Assembly: GCA_001790445.1 (NCBI GenBank)
Contig: MGCQ01000001.1
Location: 104,462 to 168,461, forward strand
Origin: Candidatus Saccharibacteria bacterium RIFCSPHIGHO2_12_FULL_41_12
Lineage (GTDB): Bacteria; Patescibacteriota; Saccharimonadia; Saccharimonadales; 2-12-FULL-41-12
Length of the DNA stretch: 64,000 bases
Direction: 5' to 3'
Shown here: positions 46,874-53,839 of the stretch, one piece after another
How the letters are laid out: every line of letters starts with the position of its first letter
Numbering within the stretch: position 1 is the first letter of the stretch
Program-made: the position numbers and the translations under genes
Notes under the pieces: model-generated
The model's database searches: none
What the model was told of the DNA's origin: nothing
What the model saw: the letters and a program-made list of their open reading frames with translations, nothing else

Positions 46874-47250
46874 GTTGCGATTAAAGCCCTCTGGGCTTTT
46901 AATCACCATACTTTCTTGTGCTAACAAGAAAGTATGCAAAGAAATAGCAGGCGGTTGAACAAACTTGATGGGACTATCGGTCAAGGATCACAACAGACTG
47001 CGGAACTCTCTCCCTTTGGTCGTTCAAACAGTCCTCGCCTGATAGTTGTGATCTTGACGTAGTCTCTCAGGTTTGTTCAAGGCCTGACCAACAATCTGTA
47101 TATTTTCGTAGAAAATATTATTAATTATGACTTTAGACTATTTCATGCCAGGCCCTTGAATAACTGATGAAATATCTATTCAAGCAACGCCATGTTTTGA
47201 GGACCAGGGCTTGTCCCCGACTGGAAGGAGTCCCGGAAAAACTGGGTTGG
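46874..47250 (+). ncRNA. Candidate large structured RNA, copy 1 (unassigned class). The 3' boundary is uncertain
   Basis: No credible ORF. It is homologous in blocks to the reverse complement of 55172-55564, with compensatory changes in at least four helices (see findings). Confidence 0.6.
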
Positions 47251-47377
47251 TTGGAGAGATATTTCAATCATGTTAGTTCAATAGCCTGTCGTTTTTTGGG
47301 TTCCGTTTTTGTCGACACAAAAATGGAACAAAATACGGCTTGTGTGCAAGCCTGCTGGAAGTTGTTATACTTATGAT

Positions 47378-48091
47378 ATGAAGAGGAAGTTTGCGGTATT
47401 TGATATTGATGGCACTTTGATACGGTGGCAACTTTATCATGCTGTTGTTGATAAATTGGCGGGTGCTGGGCTTCTGGGCAAAGAGGCAGAGGAGAAGTTA
47501 CATCGAGCTAGGATGGTCTGGAAAAACCGCGAGCATCCAGAGGCCTTCGCTGGTTATGAGAACAATCTAATAACTATATTTGAATCTGCCTTGCACCAGA
47601 TCAAAACAGCTGAGTTTGACGAGATGATCGACAAAGTTATAGATCAATACAAAAATCAAATCTACACTTACACCAGGGGGCTAGTTAAAGACTTAAAAGC
47701 CAAAGGGTATTTTCTGATAGCAATATCAGGATCGCACCACGAACTGGTTGAAAGATTAGCAAAATACTACGAATTTGATGATTGGGTAGGGACCCACTAC
47801 GAAAGAGAGGCCGGAGGTTTTAGCGGTAAGAAATTTATCGCTAGCAAAGACAAAAGCGCAGTTTTAGAGCAGATAATTGAAAAATACGGGTTATCTAGCG
47901 AGGGTAGCTACGGCGTTGGTGATAGCAAAACCGACGTTAGCATGCTTCAAATTGTAGATAATCCGATTGCCTTTAACCCAAACCAAGCACTGTACGAAAT
48001 TGCCAAATCTCACGGCTGGCCGATAGTGATAGAACGCAAAAATGTCGTCTACAGAATAAATGAAAGCAACGACCGCTACATCTTACAATAG
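47378..48091 (+). CDS. HAD-IB family hydrolase (SerB-like)
   Basis: The ORF is open from 47309, and homology starts at ATG 47378 (MKRKFAVFDIDGTL). ISGS and GDSKTD motifs. Confidence 0.7.
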   Translation: MKRKFAVFDIDGTLIRWQLYHAVVDKLAGAGLLGKEAEEKLHRARMVWKNREHPEAFAGYENNLITIFESALHQIKTAEFDEMIDKVIDQYKNQIYTYTRGLVKDLKAKGYFLIAISGSHHELVERLAKYYEFDDWVGTHYEREAGGFSGKKFIASKDKSAVLEQIIEKYGLSSEGSYGVGDSKTDVSMLQIVDNPIAFNPNQALYEIAKSHGWPIVIERKNVVYRINESNDRYILQ

Positions 48092-48135
48092 TTGTAAAAT
48101 TGACACATTGACATTTTTGTGATAAAATCACTATC

Positions 48136-48621
48136 ATGTTAAGGAACGGCACTTCTCCGGTATTTGATTTTGAATTTTTGCGAGCTCTTGACCACGAGTT
48201 CAATCCACAATGTGACCCAGAAAGAGGAAGTCACACTTTGGCAAAGTTAGCCATGTCTGTTATTGATAAAGGCGAGAAGATTAGTCAGGACAAAATATCA
48301 AGACAACCAAGCTGGGGAAAAGAATTTAGTGTTGAAGTTGTTGGCACAAAAGCTGGCAAAGACAAACCTAGGTCAGTGCTATGGCTTGGGCTTCATGGGC
48401 CACATAGAGATATATCATTCACATTTGACAATAAACAGCATCAGATAATAGTTACAAGTAGTGGAGTTAAGAGTTTGGAACCCGAATTTGAAGTTCCTAT
48501 ATCATTAAGTAGACAGGAAGATTGGTCTCAATCTGCAGCCATCATAGCTATGGCTACTGAAGCTTTCTTTGATACACCTCCTCACGCAGCAGATTTGACA
48601 ACTGTCGATAAGTCTATATAA
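48136..48621 (+). CDS. Hypothetical protein
   Basis: 161-aa ORF with no recognisable motif. Confidence 0.45.
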   Translation: MLRNGTSPVFDFEFLRALDHEFNPQCDPERGSHTLAKLAMSVIDKGEKISQDKISRQPSWGKEFSVEVVGTKAGKDKPRSVLWLGLHGPHRDISFTFDNKQHQIIVTSSGVKSLEPEFEVPISLSRQEDWSQSAAIIAMATEAFFDTPPHAADLTTVDKSI

Positions 48622-48730
48622 TTAAAGTTTATGGGTAAAATGCTACCACTATACTACACTTGGAACTTTAACTACTTTTTTAGAAAGCGGCGTTTTAGTC
48701 TATATTAATTTATAAGCAAATAAAGACTAG

Positions 48731-48754
48731 ACCGCCAAAAGAGGCGGTTTTTTA
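48731..48754 (+). terminator. Rho-independent terminator
   Basis: ACCGCC-AAAAGA-GGCGGT followed by TTTTTT. Confidence 0.8.
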
Positions 48755-48777
48755 ATTTTAGAATAAGAAAAACAATC

Positions 48778-49932
48778 ATGACAGAAGCAACACAAGACAG
48801 AATAAGAGATACGGGCTACAAAGATCACTTTCAGCCTGAATATCCTAATGTTGCAGAGCTGGAAGAGGTAACCCGCAAGTTGAGAGATATGACTGGAATC
48901 GCTACTCCTGAGGAAATACTGACAACCAAACAGCAATATGCCGGCGTAGCAACTGGCGCAAACGGTAGCTGGATTTTGGTAACTGGACCATGTAGTGAGC
49001 CAATATCACTACAGCAACCAGAGACTACATTTGTTGAACGATATACCAGACTCCTGCAGATAGGCAAAGCTTCAAGCCCTACAAGTCCGCCACTTCATGC
49101 TTTGCGGGCTTGTGGACAGAACGCAAAACCAAGAAGTGCCGAGTGTGAGATGTTGCCGGATGGTTCAATTGTACCTTCTTACTACGGAGATTTGATTAAT
49201 GGCATTGACCCCAGCGACCGTACACCAGACCCCACGCGCATGGTTGCAGGCGCTTTGCAGGCACGAGATGTCAATCGTGCGCTAAGAGATAATGGTCAAC
49301 AATTCGTATCTACTCATGAGGCTCTGCTTCTTCCGTATGAAGAGAGCTTTATCGTCCAAGGCGCACAAGGGCGAGAATTCTTAACTTCATGTACCGTGCC
49401 ATGGATTGGCAAGCGCACTAATGAACCAGATGGTATTCATGTTGATATGTTAAAAGATATAGAAAACCCAATCGGCATAAAGATCGGCCCTGGAGACAAA
49501 CCAGAAAAAATCGCAGAACTTACCCAAAAGCTAAACCCGAGTTGTGAGCCTGGCAAACTTTTGTATATTTTGCGATTTGGTGTTGGCAACTTATACCAAG
49601 CACCAGAAATATTGCAATCCATAAAAGATCACTCAAAAGGTGCGCTGATTCTTTGTGATCCAATGCATGGTAACACAGTCAAAACCCTCGACGGACGAAA
49701 AACGCGTGAAGTCCCGAGGATAATAGATGAGATCAAAGCCATTAGTAAAATGTGCCAGGAACTAGGTTTACGCTTGCATGGTCTCCACCTAGAGGCCAGC
49801 GGTAGAGATGACAGGGTAGAATGTGTGGACTCAGTCGGTCAAAGCCCAGACCACACCGCCGTAGTCGATCCAGAACTCAATAATAACCAACTTGCAGGAG
49901 TACTAGAAGAAACCGGGGAGTGTTTCGTCTGA
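48778..49932 (+). CDS. Class II 3-deoxy-7-phosphoheptulonate (DAHP) synthase-like enzyme, short form
   Basis: 384 aa. GQNAKPRS, STHEALLLPYE, WIGKRTNEPDGIHV, NP.G.K.GP, CDPMHGNT and LHLEASG follow the AroA(II) motif order. Confidence 0.75.
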   Translation: MTEATQDRIRDTGYKDHFQPEYPNVAELEEVTRKLRDMTGIATPEEILTTKQQYAGVATGANGSWILVTGPCSEPISLQQPETTFVERYTRLLQIGKASSPTSPPLHALRACGQNAKPRSAECEMLPDGSIVPSYYGDLINGIDPSDRTPDPTRMVAGALQARDVNRALRDNGQQFVSTHEALLLPYEESFIVQGAQGREFLTSCTVPWIGKRTNEPDGIHVDMLKDIENPIGIKIGPGDKPEKIAELTQKLNPSCEPGKLLYILRFGVGNLYQAPEILQSIKDHSKGALILCDPMHGNTVKTLDGRKTREVPRIIDEIKAISKMCQELGLRLHGLHLEASGRDDRVECVDSVGQSPDHTAVVDPELNNNQLAGVLEETGECFV

Positions 49933-50000
49933 GTGACGACATAGCAACACATAACGCTAATGCTTGCAAACTGTCTACCAAAAATCTACAATAGCTGACA

Positions 50001-50978
50001 ATGAGTAGAAAAGCTCCTGCAGAAAATTGTATAGAGATAATTGCCCCATTACTTGAAGAGTTGAATCACCAAGGGATGCCTCCGTGTCAACTCATAGGAG
50101 GTATAGGTTCGGCGGCTTTGAAAGACCCACGTACAGAGATATTGCCCAAAACAAAAGAGGTAATAGCACCCCCTGACTTGTGGGTTCCTTCAAGGCGCGA
50201 AGAAGACAACACCCTGAGAGATTTGGACTTGCTTGTTTTAAGTACTGAAGCGACCGACATACGAAAGATTAATGGTCTAGCCACCAGCATCATCGGGAAT
50301 GCACTAGATGTATCAGTATTCGGTCTGCAAAAAGTTAGCAAATTAGAAAAAAGATCGCGTCAATTTATACTGTCCACTGCTGTGGGTTTTGTTTCAGACA
50401 GATACATCTACGACCTTGGGCAAGCCCCAAGAGATGGCGTCGATGGACATAAGGCGTTATTCCCATTTGCCGCACCTATCACCGAATCTTCTTTGGAGCC
50501 ATGGGAGTTGCATATTGGTGGCAACGTTGCACATGTACCTCATCCTGCAGTAGTCCCTCTCTATTATGCGGGAAGGTCCATATCCGGTCTGCGCCACAGA
50601 GACGTAGAAAAAGTCAACAAGATTGCTACAAATGTCTTTGATAAATTCCCCGAAGCTCTCGAGTGGATTGAGGAAGGTCCTGGTAAATCACAGTTAGAGT
50701 TTGCGCGCATCCTACACACACTCAGCACAAGCGCTTGGAGCGAAGAACCATTAATTCTAGGAGGGAAGCTTAGGATTGATCCACTCCCACTCGGCAAACT
50801 TGCTAGCCACGACTATTTTCTGTTGAAAGACCGACCTGAGAAGACACAACAACGTGCCCTCAACGCAGCCCGTGCCAAATCCCGCACCATAAAATTTGGA
50901 GAACAGTTTGATCCTCTCGTAGCAATATGGCGCAAATATTTCGAACGATACGCTGACGTCTTCACCCATAACCAATAG
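50001..50978 (+). CDS. Hypothetical protein, possible nucleotidyltransferase fold
   Basis: 325 aa. IGGIGSAAL…DLDLLV resembles the G[GS]…D.D NTase signature (weak). Confidence 0.35.
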   Translation: MSRKAPAENCIEIIAPLLEELNHQGMPPCQLIGGIGSAALKDPRTEILPKTKEVIAPPDLWVPSRREEDNTLRDLDLLVLSTEATDIRKINGLATSIIGNALDVSVFGLQKVSKLEKRSRQFILSTAVGFVSDRYIYDLGQAPRDGVDGHKALFPFAAPITESSLEPWELHIGGNVAHVPHPAVVPLYYAGRSISGLRHRDVEKVNKIATNVFDKFPEALEWIEEGPGKSQLEFARILHTLSTSAWSEEPLILGGKLRIDPLPLGKLASHDYFLLKDRPEKTQQRALNAARAKSRTIKFGEQFDPLVAIWRKYFERYADVFTHNQ

Positions 50979-50996
50979 CTTGCTATAATTATCGTA

Positions 50997-51908
50997 ATGA
51001 ACAGGGACGAATTTACTATAGCGGAGCATCATTTTAAGACCACTGATGGTCTGCACACACTGTATGTGCACGAGTGGGGTAATCCTCATGGTAAACCAAT
51101 TCTATACGTTCATGGTGACCCTGGTGATGGTTGCAAAGAGAAAAACAAATTGTTTTTTGACCCCAAAAAATTCAGGGTGATATTTCTAGACCAAAGAGGA
51201 GCAGGCAAGAGCGTACCCAGTGGCAGCATCGACAACAACACGATGCAGTATCTTCTAGAAGATATTGAAATGGTCAGAACAAAGCTCAAAATAGACAAAT
51301 GGGCTATTACCGGCGAATCATGGGGTTCTACTCTGTCGCTTTGTTACGCAATCAAGCATCCTGATCGCGTCTCAAGATTGATCATCGGGGCAATATGGCT
51401 AGGCACAGATTCAGAATTTGACTGGTTGTTTGGCGGGGGTTGGAGAGACTTTTTTCCAGATTTATGGGAACAACTTCTCCAGAATACTCCGAAGCGATAT
51501 CATCAAAATCCTGGGCAGTATCATCTTAACAATGTCTTTGATCCTAAATCAAAAACTTCAAATAAATCATTATTCGAGCTTAGCAATGTTGAGTTTTCAC
51601 TTGTTCATATGGACGAGAAAAAGGTACCTCTCAATATCGATGAGTTTGACGTAAATGGCATGAAGGTTGAAATGCATTATTTAAAAAATTCATGTTTCAT
51701 AGACAATGATCATATTATTGCAAATGCTGATAAATTGACCATGCCAATTAATATTATCCAAGGACGATACGATATGGTCTGCACACCAAAAAACGCCTAT
51801 AAACTGCACCAATCTTTGCCAAACTCAACACTAACTTGGACGCTCGACGGACACGCATCAAGTCGCGCATCTAGCGATGTTATCGGGCAAACGATTAAGA
51901 TGATTTAA
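50997..51908 (+). CDS. Proline iminopeptidase-type alpha/beta hydrolase
   Basis: 303 aa. HG.PG, DQRGAGKS and the nucleophile elbow GESWGS. Confidence 0.75.
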   Translation: MNRDEFTIAEHHFKTTDGLHTLYVHEWGNPHGKPILYVHGDPGDGCKEKNKLFFDPKKFRVIFLDQRGAGKSVPSGSIDNNTMQYLLEDIEMVRTKLKIDKWAITGESWGSTLSLCYAIKHPDRVSRLIIGAIWLGTDSEFDWLFGGGWRDFFPDLWEQLLQNTPKRYHQNPGQYHLNNVFDPKSKTSNKSLFELSNVEFSLVHMDEKKVPLNIDEFDVNGMKVEMHYLKNSCFIDNDHIIANADKLTMPINIIQGRYDMVCTPKNAYKLHQSLPNSTLTWTLDGHASSRASSDVIGQTIKMI

Positions 51909-51913
51909 AGCTT

Positions 51914-52687
51914 ATGGATATTGCAAAACTTAATCCAAAAGACTTTGAGGAAATACTTTGGTCGCGTCCAGAAAATAACCGCCAAGCCAGCACTTTAATC
52001 ATCCTTGGTGGGAGCAAAGATCACTTTGCAATTACCTCTAGATACTACATGTCTTTGGCAAATACAAAAGGAGTCAAACTCAGTTTAGTTTTACCTGATT
52101 ATCTGGCAAAACTTGTTGGCAAAAAAGACCCCAATATTATATTTGTGAATTCTAGTAAAAGTGGGGGATACTACGTCCGGCAATCACTACCGGAAATTGC
52201 TGGAATTATTGACGGGGCAGATGCATGCTTAATTTCTGGCGAAATGGGCAACAGTAGCGAAACCCAACAATTTCTAGAAAATTTACTAGACGATTGTAAG
52301 GTTCAAATAATTCTCAACGAATCCGCGCTGAGCTGTTTTGCAGAAAATTATTTGCTTAAATTACTATCAAAAGATAATGTCACCCTATGTATAGATAACT
52401 TGGCTCTTGGCAAGCTTGGCAGAAGCATAAAATTTGAAAAAGCGTTTACTACTAGCCTAGGGCTCGCCCAGAAATTGCAATACTTTGAAATCTTCACAAA
52501 AAAGTACTCATGTGCGCTTGTCACCTCTGATACAGGCACAATTTGGTGCGCCAAAAACGGAAAAGTTTTTTATACAAAATCGGCAAAAAACATAGAACAA
52601 GTGACAGCAGATATCAGCTGCTGGTTGTCTTGGAATAGCAAAGACCCTCTCAAAACAATCGCCTCAACCTTTGATAATTTCTGGTAA
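51914..52687 (+). CDS. Divergent YjeF_C/ribokinase-like fold protein
   Basis: 257 aa. ILGGS…, ISGEMG and ILNESAL parallel the YjeF C-terminal motif order, but catalytic residues are not conserved. Confidence 0.3.
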   Translation: MDIAKLNPKDFEEILWSRPENNRQASTLIILGGSKDHFAITSRYYMSLANTKGVKLSLVLPDYLAKLVGKKDPNIIFVNSSKSGGYYVRQSLPEIAGIIDGADACLISGEMGNSSETQQFLENLLDDCKVQIILNESALSCFAENYLLKLLSKDNVTLCIDNLALGKLGRSIKFEKAFTTSLGLAQKLQYFEIFTKKYSCALVTSDTGTIWCAKNGKVFYTKSAKNIEQVTADISCWLSWNSKDPLKTIASTFDNFW

Positions 52688-53284
52688 TTTTGCCAATTGA
52701 TCTGTGCTGGCATCTGCTGAAAAGGCATTGTGCTGAGCAAACAAAATGCTTTTCATACCAGCTGATTTCGCGGCTTGAACATCAACGTGGGTGTCGCCAA
52801 CATACACGCAGTTTTCAGGAAGAATCCCAAGTTTTTTGCCTGCCAACAACAAGGGAGTTGGGTCCGGTTTATGCTTGTCTGTGTCTTCATACGCAACCAC
52901 AACTTTAAAGTAATTTTGCATGGCAACGAGGTCTGGTATTTTAAAGATACTGTCGCGGATTCTGCTGGTAACAATTCCCAATCGATAGTTTTTACTGAGT
53001 TCGATTATAGTTTTTTCAAGATCTGGCATTGCACTAGGGAATGAACGATCCCTAACAACAAGATTCTTGCCCAGCTCCCAGATACGATTTATCTCCTCCT
53101 CGTCTTCTATGGACGTATGCAACTGAATAACTTTCTTCATATTATGGTGAAAATACGGTCTGTACTGCTCAGCCGTTAAGGGCTCGTGGCCGGTTTTGTT
53201 AAAAAGCTCAGAAAAAAACTCTGCATTTGACTCAAGCGAATCAATCATCACCCCGTCAACATCAAATATAACAGCTTCGATCAT
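52664..53284 (-). CDS. HAD-IA hydrolase (beta-phosphoglucomutase/phosphatase-like)
   Basis: 206 aa. AVIFDVDGVMIDS, VTS and VGDT..D motifs. Confidence 0.8.
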   Translation of the reverse strand: MIEAVIFDVDGVMIDSLESNAEFFSELFNKTGHEPLTAEQYRPYFHHNMKKVIQLHTSIEDEEEINRIWELGKNLVVRDRSFPSAMPDLEKTIIELSKNYRLGIVTSRIRDSIFKIPDLVAMQNYFKVVVAYEDTDKHKPDPTPLLLAGKKLGILPENCVYVGDTHVDVQAAKSAGMKSILFAQHNAFSADASTDQLAKLPEIIKG

Positions 53285-53321
53285 ATATTATTTATCCCAA
53301 ACTTATCATTTAATAATTTCA

Positions 53322-53406
53322 TGGTGCCGGAGGAGGGACTCGAACCCTCAAGCCTTGCGGCATGCGATTTTGAGTCGCACGCGTATACCAATTCCGCCAC
53401 TCCGGC
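53322..53406 (-). tRNA. tRNA-Leu (CAA), CCA encoded
   Basis: 85 nt on the minus strand. Acceptor GCCGGAG/CTCCGGC, anticodon stem TGCGA/TCGCA with loop CTCAAAA, long variable arm, T arm GAGGG-TTCGAGT-CCCTC, then A-CCA. Confidence 0.95.
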
Positions 53407-53409
53407 ATT

Positions 53410-53658
53410 TTATCTATTATACACTAAGGATTTTAAGAATTCTTTACCTACACCTGATTTTAAATACTTTTCACGTTTGCGTGCTTCTAGCCCTGTCCCG
53501 CACATCTCGCTGTACACAAGCCTGAGAGGAGCATAAGCTTTTGTTGAACGACTCTTACCCTCATTATGTTGCTGAATTCTTCTTTTTAGATTACTGGTCA
53601 TCCCCACATAAATGTAGTTTTTTGATTCACTTTGTAGGGCATAGACATAATAATTCAT
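53410..53658 (-). CDS. GIY-YIG nuclease family protein (UPF0213-like, 82 aa)
   Basis: YVYAL…IYVGMTSNLKRRIQQHNEG…E…REKYLK motifs. The stop codon ends 3 nt before the mature 5' end of tRNA-Leu. Confidence 0.85.
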   Translation of the reverse strand: MNYYVYALQSESKNYIYVGMTSNLKRRIQQHNEGKSRSTKAYAPLRLVYSEMCGTGLEARKREKYLKSGVGKEFLKSLVYNR

Positions 53659-53677
53659 GATAAAGGATTGTATTTAA

Positions 53678-53748
53678 GTTGCACGCGCCTACCTGCGGTA
53701 GGTAAATATACCAATCTTGCCTGCCGGAGGCAGGTCCGCCACTCCGGC
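53678..53748 (-). pseudogene. tRNA-Leu 5'-half-like fragment interrupted by two hairpin insertions
   Basis: The minus strand reads GCCGGAGTGGCGGA-[CCTGCCTCCGGCAGGCAAG]-ATTGGTATA-[TTTACCTACCGCAGGTAGG]-CGCGTGCAAC. The real tRNA has GCCGGAGTGGCGGAATTGGTATACGCGTGCGAC. Confidence 0.8.
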
Positions 53749-53779
53749 ATTTCGGATTTATTCGGAAAAGACTGTGCGT

Positions 53780-53788
53780 ATTATACCA
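53780..53788 (-). promoter_or_regulatory. Extended -10 promoter (TGGTATAAT) upstream of the fragment, GIY-YIG and tRNA-Leu
   Basis: Minus-strand TGGTATAAT lies ~31 nt upstream of the tRNA-like fragment. No other promoter-like hexamer was seen between it and tRNA-Leu. Confidence 0.45.
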
Positions 53789-53839
53789 AAGTTAGCTTGT
53801 CAGAAACAGATATACTATAATAATTGAAGTTAAACGCTT

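Noticed and set aside
47198-47238. GGAAGGAGTCCCGGAA resembles the RNase P CR-I (GAGGAAAGUCCGG) and SRP (GGUCCGGAAGGAAGC) motifs
   Set aside because: The block lies near the 3' end, not the 5' P4 position. No ACAGAA.CCGGCUUA-type partner or other RNase P/SRP conserved regions were seen, and two diverged copies would be atypical for either RNA.
47290-47331. T-run (47292-97) and a GTCGAC-centred hairpin (47301-31) as the 3' terminator of RNA-candidate copy 1
   Set aside because: The T-run is not preceded by a stable stem, the hairpin is not followed by a T-run, and the matching GTCGAC in copy 2 belongs to the sortase terminator region. The 3' end is left undefined.
47167-47376. 69-aa plus-strand ORF inside RNA-candidate copy 1
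   Set aside because: It runs through the invariant 41-nt block and the covarying helices. The second copy does not preserve the frame (indels between blocks) and there is no SD. It is treated as spurious.
53196-53536. ORFs 53196..53525 (+) and 53321..53536 (+)
   Set aside because: They are antisense to the HAD gene start, tRNA-Leu and the GIY-YIG ORF, and have no motifs.
53407-53748. Group I intron with a GIY-YIG homing endonuclease inside tRNA-Leu
   Set aside because: The downstream tRNA-Leu is complete on its own, not just a 3' exon. The ORF also fills ~249 of the ~271 nt between the fragment and the tRNA, leaving no room for a group I catalytic core.
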